In this document: positions 40,601-56,003 of the stretch, in pieces
How the letters are laid out: each line of letters starts with the position of its first letter
Position numbering within the stretch: the stretch's first letter is position 1
Assembly: GCF_964355755.1 (NCBI RefSeq)
Contig: NC_092679.1
Span: forward strand, 5,362,201 to 5,426,200
Length of the DNA: 64,000 nucleotides
Direction: 5' to 3'
DNA from: Antedon mediterranea
Taxonomy: Eukaryota > Animalia > Echinodermata
Program-made: the position numbers and the translations under genes
Notes under the pieces: model-generated
What the model was told of the DNA's origin: nothing
Databases searched by the model: none
What the model saw: the letters and a program-made list of their open reading frames with translations, nothing else

Positions 40601-42027
40601 AAATTGTCATAAAAAATCGAAATGGAAACACGGTAACCTCACAATATGTCTACCCCCAGACGGACCGAACGATCAGAGAAGGAACACTTTTCAGAAGATG
40701 ATTATTTTCTGCAACCTCTTTAAAACTTTTAAAAGCTAAATCAGGGCAAAACAACATACATTTATCATCGCTCTGTACTGTATTGTATACAATTAATGTC
40801 TGTCTGATCTGTCGGTGTGAATTCAGTCGATCGGAACTTGTATTATTAAAAAGGGTGAACAAAAAAAGCTCACACGCCGTGCGTCCTTTTGTAGTACAGT
40901 ACAAATATTCTAGTTTGAACTTATTGTACGTGTTTGCTCATGCTAACATTACAATTGATCTATATAACCGTCGTCTATGTAAAAAGGTGATAAATACATA
41001 TAAGTTAAAAGGGTTGCGATGATTAAAAGTCAATATTGATGACATCATCAGCATGCACTACAGCAAAAAATAAAAAGCCGGGATTGTCATCATTTTCGAA
41101 TCTAATATTTTGCAACAAAATAGTTTGAACAGTGTAGTTTGTTTTCAATGTATGGTTTCTTTCCAAGGCATACTCAAATTTAAGTAGGCCTGTACTATTA
41201 ATTACGTCAAGTAAGTACTAGGCCTACATTTGTCTCAGTACAGTATACAATGTCTCAATTTATTCGAAGCTTAAACTACGTTATGTTCATGATGATGAGT
41301 GTTATTACACTATGACAACAGGAACAACAGTTTTTTTTTACAAATTCACAAATCATAATGTTACGTAAATATTTATAGACATTTTATTATTAAATACGAT
41401 GATTTACGTTGCATTGAATTTCCATAATTGAAGTTCAGGTTAAAGTTATTTTATTGTGTGCCCTTATTCAGAACGATTCAATGCCTAATCTAAAAAGACT
41501 GTATTAAGTCTACGGCTCTTTAAGGACACTCTTTTGTTAATGTAATGAGGTTGGTTCCGCCTCGTTCACCACCGATTGTTAACGCCCGTAACGTCATAGG
41601 TAGATATGTCATTGTTGGTTAAAGGAGGAAATGGCACCAACGAACGCGTTTTTACCTGAAGCAACGTGTTAGATGTTATAGCCTAGCAGTTAGATGGTAC
41701 ACTTATGGATCATTATTTATGATTTTTGTCAGTTTAGTAACGTTTAGTTGAAGGTAAATATTGTTCTGTCAGTGTTTTGGTATGGCATGAAGTCTTTGTA
41801 GAAATTAGGCGTTATAGCCAGTGAGACCATTCGGCACTATGTCGAATTATTGTAAGTTTTACTAGACCTATTATAAAATGTTAGTAACATTTTTTCGTAT
41901 GAAATTCTATGTAATATTGTGTATATTACTTACTATATATAAACACATTAGGCATAGAACATTAATTCTAAGACGCCCGGTTATATACTGGAATTTAATT
42001 AATTAGGCCTAATTTGAAACGATAAAG

Positions 42028-42104
42028 ATGAGGAAATCTGTGAGAATGAGAAGCCCCAACCGAGACTCGAACTCGGAATGTCCTAGCCATTAGACCACTG
42101 TGGC
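42028..42104 (-). pseudogene. Inverted, anticodon-arm-deleted copy of the tRNA-like unit plus its 3' tail
   Basis: Reverse complement GCCACAGTGGTCTAATGGCTAGGACA-TTCCGAGTTCGAGTCTCGGTTGGGGC-TTCTCATTCTCACAGATTTCCTCAT. Confidence 0.75.
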
Positions 42105-42152
42105 TTTCATTGTTCAAACTCGATTGTATCTCAAATATTGTATACCATGAAT

Positions 42153-42225
42153 GCCCCAGTGGTCTAATGGTTAGGATATCTGCATATCAAGCAGAAGGTT
42201 CCGAGTTCGAGTCTCGGTTGGGGCG
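42153..42225 (+). tRNA. tRNA-like gene/pseudogene, complete cloverleaf, anticodon ATC (Asp-like), probably repeat-associated
   Basis: Acceptor GCCCCAG/TTGGGGC, D stem GTCT/GGAT, anticodon stem TCTGC/GCAGA with loop ATATCAA, T stem CCGAG/CTCGG with TTCGAGT, G73, followed by a TTTTT Pol III terminator. Confidence 0.55.
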
Positions 42226-43177
42226 ACTTTTTCTCATTCTCACAGATTTCCTCATATTTGACATTTAAAATTACATTATATATAGATATAATATATAGTA
42301 TGTATGTCAACTATTTTATATCAGTACAGTAGTGGGCATCATACCCCATACTGGTGAGATTTTGGCTTATTCTTTTTAGTATTCAAGTTACATATTGCCC
42401 CTTTTCTGCTGCTACCTTAAAAAAGGACACATTGAATTCTTCAACTATTTACAGTACTGAACGTTCATTAAATATCGCGAGCAATATTCAACCTTGATAT
42501 CAATACTAAACCGTATCTAAGTAACGCTCAATATAGCATACTTAATATTGATTTTTTTTTTATTATTATTATTTCCATCATTGAAATGCTTATCATTTTC
42601 CTTAATATAACATATGTTGCCTCGTATTATTAACCAAGTGTGTATACATATATACATTATAACTAAATTTTCTAGTGAGGCCTAAATTTATATAGAAAAT
42701 GCGTTAGAATATACATCAATTCATTATACCTTTAGCTAGCTGCAAAGCAACATGTCAGATTGCTGAAGATTCTATTGTCTCTTTTATTGATTAGCCTAGA
42801 CCTCTTTTAAATAAATGTGTGCATTAGGGGTGGGCCTAAAATCACAAAGGAATCTATTAAGTGTGTTTTCTCTGTACACATACACCGGTTGTCGACCATA
42901 ATGATGATTTTGTAGAGATAACTACACGATTGCTCTCGGTTCATTATGGAGGTCTCATTGCGTACTACTAGTTTCTATCTTTTTGGGATAAAATAGAACA
43001 TGGACATCATAGTATTTATCTACAATTTAATAAAATTGCTTAATTAAATTTTTTTTTTTTTTAATATTTATAAAGTCATTTATAATACTAAAGTGTATGT
43101 TGGAAATGTAGGCTATGTATTTTCTCTAACGAAACCACTATTTTGTTAATTCTTTCAAGTTTCAGGACTCTTCTGCA

Positions 43178-45032
43178 ATGAGTGATTCAAATGACGTCAC
43201 AGGTGATACCGGTACGTAGAATCGGTATTACATAATTATAATAAATAGGCCTAATACTCAGAAATTATTCCCCCATGGTTTATATTATACCGATATAAAC
43301 ACATACCTGTATATCGGATTCAGAGTCTATCCTTATTATGTTAACATTATCTTTATATCATGTTAACATTATCTTTATATCATGTTGTTTTTGTTCTAGG
43401 TAATAATGGTGAAGATAGTAACACAATTATTGCCATCGTTGGCGCATGCTCAGCCGTCTTCCTTCTCATTCTTATTACTGCTATCATAGCGTTGACTTAT
43501 TATGTATGCCGAAAAAAGTGAGTATATTTATGAGCAAAAAATTGTTTTAGTAAAAAATAGGGAAGTTAGGAATATCCGATTGTATAGAAAAAATAAGACT
43601 CTCAATTAATACAAAATAAATAAAAACATGAAATGGCAAACAACTGAGATAAATGAAAAAGGTTGGTGAAAAGGGGATTACGCGTTGTTTTCATAAAAGC
43701 TAAAAGACTTATAGCCTATAATACTTTACAACATTTTAGATCGATGTTTTTTCTTGTTTCTTTATTTTATTGTTGTTGTCAGCCTACATTTGTACATATT
43801 ATTCCATTGAATTTCACAGACGAGAGTTGGATGGGATGGAATCCAAGCTTGGTAATCTAAATGATGTTGATCGAATTATGTGGGCTGAGATGGGTCGTAA
43901 GGACGATACAGTAACAGACAACCCAGCCTACGGAAAGGAGGATGTAGAAGATTTTGCTCCCCTTGATGTGGTACGAAATTACTCTTCTAAAAATAATGCA
44001 ACGATGTAGTGCCAGTATGGTACCATCAAAGGCCTTTAATGCTTGATAGTCGTAACTGTTATCTGATGTTTCTGATTCATTATGGAGAATTGATTATACC
44101 GAAGGCCTACACATCAACATATAGACATTTATTAAAAACGATTCGCCGATTGAAATTTTTAAAAAGGATTTCCATTTTCAAAACAACAGACAACAGAAGC
44201 ATTGTCATTAGCAAAACGTGATCGAAATGTGTATCTGGTTTAATTATGAATAGTTTGACATTGAGGATCATTCTTTTGAATCGAATACAAAGGCAGAATC
44301 AATAAAATCTTATCTGTCTATCGATCTAAAACTTACGGTGATGATCTGTGTGGTTTTACATATCGATTGAAAATTTACAGTGTGTTCAAATCAAGTATAG
44401 GCCTACTGGTTTTCGTTCTTTTTCTTGGGACTTCTGTGTCATCCTTTTGAACTATTTACCCGTCTCTATCCGTCGAGAAATGGCAATACTTATTTTTAAA
44501 ACTCGCCCCTTTTAACTAATACTTAATTTTCTTGGTTCTTTTTGCTTAATGCGCAATATAAGTCTGAATTATTGATTTATCACATTTTTTTTTACTACAG
44601 ACAGCAATAGAAAAAGAATTTGATGACGAATATGAAAGTGAAATCGAAGAAGTTGATAAGAAGCCAGATGGTGAAGAACAACCGAAATCAAGTAAATTGT
44701 CAATTCTCGACACAAAAACATGGTCCGGAATGCCGGGACAAAAAAGGAAAAAAGCAGCGAGAAAACAGGTCGCAAGAACCATATCTAGAATTGAAAACGA
44801 CCCTAAAATAAAACAAGAGTATGAGAGAGAGTTTGAAGAACATTACAAAACAGATGGCGATTTTGATTATCGATTATTTAATTTAAACTCTGGTCCAAAC
44901 CAACGTACTGTAAACATGTATGAAGATGGTCAGTTACAGCTAGATGAGGAGGATGAGACGTTACCACCGAAGCATATACCGAGTGCCGGCAACAGACTGC
45001 TATGGCAGAAGAAACGGTTTAAAGATATGTAA
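43178..45032 (+). CDS. Uncharacterised single-pass (type III-like) membrane protein, about 244 aa, acidic Tyr-motif tail
   Basis: Exons 43178-43211, 43400-43517, 43820-43970 and 44601-45032 splice in frame (phases 1,2,0). TM IIAIVGACSAVFLLILITAIIALTYYVC is followed by RKKR; the tail contains NPAY. Confidence 0.75.
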
Positions 45033-45178
45033 TGCGCCTACAATCTAAGCATTCTCTGATTTCTTTTTCACCCCACAAAAAGAAAAGCTCTACTATTTTA
45101 ATAAAGGCAACAGTACCCAGATACCTTTCATACTTGTGCATGCGCGGAAACATAAGTAGTAACTCCAACTGGGACACA

Positions 45179-45433
45179 TTAAAGATGTATTGTCCTCCAA
45201 AAACATGAAAAATGAAGATTAATTAAGTTAGACTTTGAATAGGGCTTCCGCAGAAAAAAAACCATAAAAAATATTTTCACTTCAACTAAAAATCCATTGC
45301 CTGGCAGCCAATTTGACTATTTTTGGCTTTAAATGCATTTTTTTCAGGTGAATAATTTTTGTGACATTAAAATTGCATATTCAACAGAAATATTTTCAAT
45401 AATTATTTTTTAAGGGGGACAATACATCTTTAA
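45179..45433 (-). mobile_element. Kolobok-type MITE family A copy 2 (inverted, internally deleted)
   Basis: TTAA-AGATGTATTGTCC ... GGGGGACAATACATCT-TTAA. The interior is the reverse complement of the 3374 copy. Confidence 0.85.
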
Positions 45434-45823
45434 GGATAGGTAATACAAGTTTAGACTTTATTAGTTTAGTTCTCTCGACTGTTTTCTCGTGTTGCAAATC
45501 TTGATATCAAAATATTGCGTCATGTTCTTCAAAACGTCAACATGTGCTGTAAACTTATTTGTGCAAATTATTAATTAGATTGAGAGGGAGATTGACACGT
45601 ACATTTACAAAGTCCAAAATTTAAAATTTAATATTCTCAAGATTCTTGAAAGTAATGGGACCATTATTTAAACATCCCTTTCAGTGATAACGGATGATTT
45701 ACATTATAAATGTTTTCCACTAGTAGAATCTATTCGCGATTAAATCAAATGCGTTGGATTATTACGCACATGCGTATTTGTATTCCACCTATCTTGTATA
45801 AGCACCAAAGTAAGCAGCCAATC

Positions 45824-46134
45824 CACTGTAAAAAATAGTGTTTAGATCTTAAACATCTATTTTGTACCTACTTCTTCCACACATTTAGCTTTAAACACGT
45901 AGGCCTACTGTGGCGGAAAAACTCCACGCATGAGCTCCCCATATTAAACACGTTTACCTAAACGTGTCTTTAATTGCTCCACATGTTTAACAATCAACAC
46001 GTCACTGATGTATTGAGTTAAATACAGACTGCATGTTTAGAATGTATTTAGAACCTAAACATGTTTAAGATTAAATGTGTGGAAAAATAAGTAAAAAATA
46101 CATCTTTAAGATCTAAACACTTTTTTTTACAGTG
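45824..46134. mobile_element. MITE with CAC...GTG termini, about 70-bp TIRs and 5-bp TSD CAATC (Transib/CMC-like)
   Basis: CAATC|CACTGTAAAAAATAGTGTTTAGATCTTAAA...TTTAAGATCTAAACACTTTTTTTTACAGTG|CAATC. Confidence 0.8.
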
Positions 46135-46418
46135 CAATCAGAGCTCGAGAATTTTTGAGTATTATATTCTAGTCGAAAAAGGCTTACTCCTACTGTAAAT
46201 GGTAGTACTGTACAATTTTACACGACTCAAATTAATAAAGTTAAAAATCATCGGAATGAACACCACAATAGGAAACTGAATATTACCGTATTTACAGTGC
46301 AACGATAAATAATAACAAGAACATTTTTTTGCAATAGATTTTATTAACGGATTGCATTGTAGAAAATAAAATATGTGCAACAAGTACAGTTTATAGCAAT
46401 CATACCAACATTCAATTA

Positions 46419-46761
46419 TTAAAGATGTATTGTTCCCCTGAAAAAATAATCCTTAACAACATTTTTGTTGAATATGCCATTTTAATGTAACATAATAGTT
46501 ATCCATTTTGACCAAAAATTGGATCGAAAAAAATGTATTTACCTGAAAAAACTGTAATTTAAAGCAAAAAAATGGTCAAATTGGCTGCCAGTCATGGGTT
46601 TTTGGTTGAAATTAATGCATTTATTTTGTCATTTTATAATTGAAAACATTTTTTTTTTCTACTGAAATGATTAACTTTATTAAATCTACAAAATAACCTA
46701 TTCAAAGTCTGATTTAATTAATCTTCATTTTTCATGTTTTTTGGGGACAATACATCTTTAA
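46419..46761 (+). mobile_element. Kolobok-type MITE family A copy 3
   Basis: TTAA-AGATGTATTGTTCCCC ... GGGGACAATACATCT-TTAA. An adjacent duplicated empty site at about 46793-46848 has a single TTAA. Confidence 0.9.
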
Positions 46762-47545
46762 TATAAAATTACATTATAAATGCAAAAAGTTTAGTTTATA
46801 GCAATCATACCCATCATTCAATTATTAATATAGAATTGCATTGTAAATAATATAATTATTATAATAATAATAATAAATAATCAAGCAATTGCACCTAGTT
46901 ATTGAATATGTACAACTAAACGATCGACGATACAATTTAAAGGTAAATAGAAATTTCATATTTTTGTTATATATTTTTCATAGTACAATTTTGTATTTGT
47001 ATATTTGCATACTTCTGAGATACATGGTAGCTATGTGTAATTACTTACATTAAAACATACTGTTTATATTTTATTTATCGTTTATCGTTTTTGTATCATT
47101 GAACAGTGCTTTACTTCCTATAAACAAACCCTATACAATTGGTATTGACAGACAGACAGACAGACATACCAAAATTGGACGCACATTGCCAATTGCTAGT
47201 GTTTAGATTGTAGCTCTTCGGAGGGGAATGTTCATAATTAAATTTTTCTAAATATTTTATAATTAAATAATTTTTCTCCATGATCGACATAATTAAAAAA
47301 TAAATCCTATATTTATATATACAGTACTTGAATTTCTTAATTAATGCATTTTAAATCAACGTTTTTAATCATGTTTAAAAATAATAATATAAAGCATACA
47401 ATTAAGGCAGCATTGGTTGTGAATAGAGCAGTTACAACGTGTTGTGATAGTGTATGTACATAACAACATATCATGGAATGACTGTTGTTCCAGCATATAA
47501 TACCGAGTATGAAACAACAACAAAATAATCTTTGAAAGTGGTGTA

Positions 47546-47925
47546 TGTGAGGGCGTTTGTAACCGGAGTTGTCAGGCACCTTTTAACACTATCATAATCC
47601 TACCATTTCTATATACCTTGCCAACAACAACATCGGCAAGGGTTCGAGGCCGACTCGCTCCTAGTTCTGGTGGTGGAACAAGTCTTCTCGGATAGGTCCA
47701 GTGTACACAGTTATAACCTGTGTGTACTTTAAAGAAACCCAGTTCATTATTCGAAAAAGAGTAGGGGGTTACCCCGGTGAACTGGTTCACACAATAGCCC
47801 CTGTATCAGGGGGATTACCACCTATCTGATAGGACAGTGATTAATTCACTATTGGTAATCCTTGGCCACATTGCCTAAAGACATAAAATAAAAAAAAAAA
47901 TAAAAATAAAAATAAAAAAAAAAAT
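47546..47925 (+). mobile_element. tRNA-derived SINE with a Nin-like central domain and poly(A) tail
   Basis: AACATCGGCAAGGGTTCGA (B box)...GTTCTGGTGGT...AGTCTTCTCGGATA...GGTCCAGTGTACACA...TTAAAGAA. Homologous to the 54950-55285 copy. Confidence 0.75.
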
Positions 47926-48032
47926 ATCAAAACCTGATTTCCTTACTATTAGTAATAATTCTTAAACAATCATATACTATTTGACAAATAAATTATCTAT
48001 CTATATTATATAAATATATATATAAATCACTT

Positions 48033-48069
48033 GCACTGATGAAGGGCTAATGTTGCCCGAAAGCTCTGC
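48033..48069 (+). ncRNA. Minimal type I hammerhead ribozyme (Penelope/retrozyme type)
   Basis: GCA-CTGATGA-AGGGC-TAATGTT-GCCC-GAAA-GC-TC-TGC: canonical CUGAUGA and GAAA cores, helix II GGGC/GCCC, palindromic AGCT helix III, helix I GCA/TGC. Confidence 0.8.
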
Positions 48070-48671
48070 TAACCTTTCTGGCTGTTTACTTTATCGTTTT
48101 GATTTAGCTTTTCGCTTTTTTTTTTTTTGTATCTCCATTGAGATCCAGCCACTGATACCCACAGCATTGTCATTTTTTTCAGTTATTTGCCTTTGGATTT
48201 ATATTATATAAATTATATTTATATCTATAGAATTAGTACCTTATATGGAATGATTATTTACTACTGCATGATTGGCTAAAACACTAACCTCTTATAATTA
48301 TTGTCAAAGATATGAATCATACCTTAGACATTAGGCTCTTTGGTAAAATATACAAAACACGGCAACAACACTACAAACATTTAAAAATAACAATACTGTA
48401 AAATGTTTCATCAGTTCATGACCACTTAAATGATGCATTAAGAAGGTCATGATTAAGTAAAGTAGGTCATGATTAAGTAAAGTAGGTCATGATTATGTCG
48501 GTTATGATTATTTTTAAGTAATTCAAAATAAAACAAATAGGTGTACTATGGTATCAATGGGCCCAGTAAAAATCTGAAGAACATTTGTTGTTAGGTTAGG
48601 CTATATGCATTTTTTTAGAAGACACCTTCAAAACCAAACAAATTGTCCCCTTAGTAGTTGTTTTCCCCTGA

Positions 48672-48760
48672 ATATTGGTGAGTGTTAAAATATTGGTTGG
48701 TGAGTGTTAAAATATGGGTTGGTGAGTGTTAAAATATGGGTTAGTGAGTGTTAAAATATA
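48672..48760. repeat. Tandem repeat, about 22-23-bp unit x4
   Basis: GGTGAGTGTTAAAATATTGGTT and variants. Confidence 0.85.
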
Positions 48761-49296
48761 GTTTGCTCCTTATTCATTTCAAAGGAATAGGGGTGTCATT
48801 TCCCTTTGTTCATTTAACAGGAAAGTTTCCTCTGAATAGGGTGTCCAAAAGTATGTTTATACCAAAAGAAACTCAGATCAAGGTATATAGCAGTAATCAC
48901 ACACTATGTGTTTTCCTGAGTAGTTATAGTGAAGAATACAATACAAAAAACACAATAAATGTACTATGATGTGCATAGTCGGATTATATTCAAACATAGA
49001 AATAAAAAATAATTACAATGCAACGACGACTTGAGTTGGATTAAGTAAGGCACAATTTCTTCAGTATTTGATCAGTAACTCGCAAATAGAAGAATAATAG
49101 TTCTGGATTGAAGACGGCAAAAATAAAATTATTAGTTTAGTTACAGCACGTATAAAGCAAATATTTATATCAAAATGTATTAAATTGTACAAAATTTCAT
49201 CCATGATATTTATCATTACGACAAGATGGTTTTTTCCAGTCATATATTATTCTAGGTGAAAATAACTGCTCTTCTGAAGAGCTCTATGTCAAAAAA

Positions 49297-49808
49297 TACC
49301 GTATTTATTTCAAATAACCGCCCCGCTTTGAACAACCACCTCAAATAAGCGACATTATTTGGAATAAACTCCCCTCAAATAAACACTCAATATGGTGGCC
49401 TGAAAAAATAAGAAATGAGGATCTTCGGGTTAGGACTGGACAAGAGCCAGTGGAAAATGAGATTTGCAGAAGAAAATGGATTGGTCACCCACTAAGGAAA
49501 CCAAAACACAACATAACTAGGCATGGCCTAACATGAAATCCCCAAGGAAAACGAAATAGAGGACGCCCAAGGAACACATGGAGGAGGGAACTGGATAAGG
49601 AGGTGAAGGATGCTGGCTACAACTGGACAGAGGTGGAAGGAATTGCCCAGAACCGTGTGAGTTGGAGACGTGTAGTTGATGGCCTATGCACTGCTAGCTG
49701 TAACAAGGCTTAAGTAAGTAAATACATACACACCCTGGGGGGTTTATTTATTTCCTCAAATAAATGCCAATTTTTTTTACAAGACATTTCTATTCAAATA
49801 ATACGGTA
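49297..49808. mobile_element. TA-flanked MITE (Tc1/mariner-pogo-like CCGTA termini) hosting a LINE insertion
   Basis: TA-CCGTATTTATTTCAAATA ... TATTCAAATAATACGG-TA with internal CCTCAAATAA repeats. Confidence 0.65.
49396..49721 (+). mobile_element. 5'-truncated RTE-clade LINE 3' end
   Basis: WPEKIRNEDLRVRTGQEPVENEICRRKWIGHPLRK...T*NPQGKRNRGRPRNTWRR...AQNRVSWRRVVDGLC followed by a (TAAG)n tail. Confidence 0.88.
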
Positions 49809-49848
49809 ATTCAAAATATAATACATACCAAATCAACTTCTGTCATCT

Positions 49849-53577
<3,729 letters not shown>

Positions 53578-53777
53578 TTTATAACTGGTATTATTACTAT
53601 TTATTAGCTCAGATCTGTTCTCTGAAAAATCAAGGAGTTAAATATATATAATATTATACATTACAGTACAACATTTAACATTTGGTTTCAGAGATAAATT
53701 ATTAATATAATGGTTAGGCCTATGCCTAGCCGCTACTACTAGCCTAGGCCTACTACTACTACTAGCCTATCTAGGCC

Positions 53778-53778
<1 letters not shown>

Positions 53779-53815
<37 letters not shown>
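53779..53815. repeat. (TAG)n microsatellite within the TAGGCCTA tract of HHIPL intron 1
   Basis: About 12 AGT units. Confidence 0.9.
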
Positions 53816-53816
<1 letters not shown>

Positions 53817-54949
53817 GCTCGGCTAGCTAGGCCTCTAGAGGCTATTTGTTAGCAGTCAGTTATACTTAGGCCTCATACACGTCACATTAGGCTAGGGTAG
53901 CCTAATATATTATAAAAAATACGTATACCTTTGTACTCTTTTTAGTGGTTAAACCGGATCATCTGGGTCTCACACCAAAATGTAGGCATATGTGTATAAT
54001 AATTGATAAAAGATTAGGCTATGCCTACACTATCTTTGTCAAGTGTTACTTTATCTTTTTAATAGGCCCCCGACTCTCTATCGCGCAACGCAATTCAAGA
54101 TAATCCTGTGAGCTACTACTAGATAAGACACTTTGGGTTAAAATTAAAGGGCGCCTCGCACGTCGAGTAAGTTATTATTATTTTTTAAATTAATTTTAGG
54201 TTCATAAATCATAAAACCATTCATTCATTAGAGAATGGTGATCCAGGGGCCGACGGATTAAAAAATTAAAATGACACTTTGCATGCTGTCTTTGAAAGTG
54301 AACATTCAACTTCAATGTTATTTGCCTACCCTTCCTTACGGGTCCTTCCCCTATGGTTGAAGATAAGGTGAGACGGATACGATGGACCGAAAATTTCACT
54401 CTTACTTTAAACATCATGGATAGGCCTACTAAAACAGTTCTTTTAGAGCTTTAAAAATATTGCTGGTTAAATTGTTTCAAGATATAATAAGAGGTAAACG
54501 ATAATAAATTCCAGCACCCCAAACACTTATTGGTTGCCGTAAAAGAATTTTTATTTAATTCATTTTTAGCTGCCAAGAAGAAAACTTACTAAAAATTGAG
54601 TAATCTACAAAATGCATTTAACGAACTAATAGGCCAGATGAAAAGTAGCTTTCTTTATTCGGGTTGGGTAAGCAAGACAAACTTCGTCAAGGGGGAACTA
54701 AATCTAGCTTTTCTCATTTTTTTTTTCGATCATAACTATATATATATTTAGGGGGATCTCGCCTGTGTAATTTGCATTTTTTTATGTCACACCGGGCCCT
54801 GTGTTCTGGATTTTTCTTTTACCTGTTTAATAATAATCTCACGGACAATTCAGTTCCAAACTAACAGGCTTTTGTGACAGCCATGAGGCATACAAATAAT
54901 TAATTTCATAGTATCGTTTATTTTGTTTATTTTTTTTTTATTCAACTTC

Positions 54950-55285
54950 TTACTAACTCTGTTAGTGAAGGATCTGGCTGGACAAACAGGTGGTAGGCCT
55001 AAACACCTCTAAAACGGTCAGGTTCCAGTGGCTGTGTGTGACAGGTGGTGTGTTTGTGTGGATTAGGGGTAAACCCCTACACGTCTCGAAAGAAGTACTA
55101 TAGGTTCTTTAAGGTGCACATGAGCTATGTGTACACTGGACCTACGGTTTTATATTATGTCCTTATCCGAGAAGACTCGCTCTACCACCAGAACCATGCA
55201 TGGAGCTAGTGAGCCGCATCGAACCCTTGCCGATGTTTAGGCCGTAATTACGGTTCCACTGCCTTAACCGCTCGGCCACTCACTC
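54950..55285 (-). mobile_element. tRNA-derived Nin-like SINE, second copy
   Basis: Reverse complement AGTGAGTGGCCGAGCGGTTAAGGCAGTGG (A box)...GGGTTCGATGC (B box)...TCTTCTCGGATAAGGAC...AAACCGTAGGTCC...GCACCTTAAAGAACC. Confidence 0.8.
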
Positions 55286-55667
55286 AACAGTGAAAAAAAT
55301 AAAAATAAAAATATTAATAAAAATATTTTTAGAGTACTTTTAAAAATAAAAATAAAAATATTAATAATAAAAATATTTTTTATAAAATTGCACTACTTTT
55401 TTTAAATCATATTTTATTATTTTTTTATTTTTCGGGCACAAACAAAGCCTGTGTTTTGTTGTAATAATTTAGTTTGTATACTAATGGCATAAATAGTGCA
55501 GGGATAGGATAATAATATAGCTCATAAGTTTGTGTGAAACTTATATTACAGTCACAAACTGTGTGATGATCGACTATTCTATTATATCGTAGTCAAGGTC
55601 ACATACATGGCTGCAGTCGCGTGCAAGTTAGTGTTTACCGACCAACTGACCGACCAACCGACCGTTA

Positions 55668-56003
55668 AAAAATTACAAGCACGAATGTGCGATACTCGGG
55701 AGTACAGAAAAATAAGCTGTAATGACGTCATAAGACGGGATGACGTCACATACACATCAAAATCAGCTACCAAATACGGCTATACGGTACCATCTTCGAT
55801 ACGTGATATGGCTGCATCCAAAAATTCGGCTCGATAGCTTTGAAGACATGTCCCTGTAGTATATTCATGCCAAATCCCAGCTCATACTAACAACGAATAA
55901 GGGAGGAGTAGTACTTTATAAATCGCACTTTTTACTCCAGATGGAGGAAATGGAAGAGGAGAATGAGAGAGTCCTAGACTCGGGTTGTACCCCCGAGTAA
56001 AAA
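55668..56003 (+). mobile_element. HINE/Helentron-like element
   Basis: 5' subterminal ACTCGGG after ACAAGCACGAATGTGC, 3' hairpin ACTCGGGTTGTACCCCCGAGT followed by an A run. Confidence 0.55.

Noticed and set aside
40650-41022. ORFs next to the Penelope fragment as its RT domain
   Set aside because: No RT motifs are visible; the element appears truncated near 40600.
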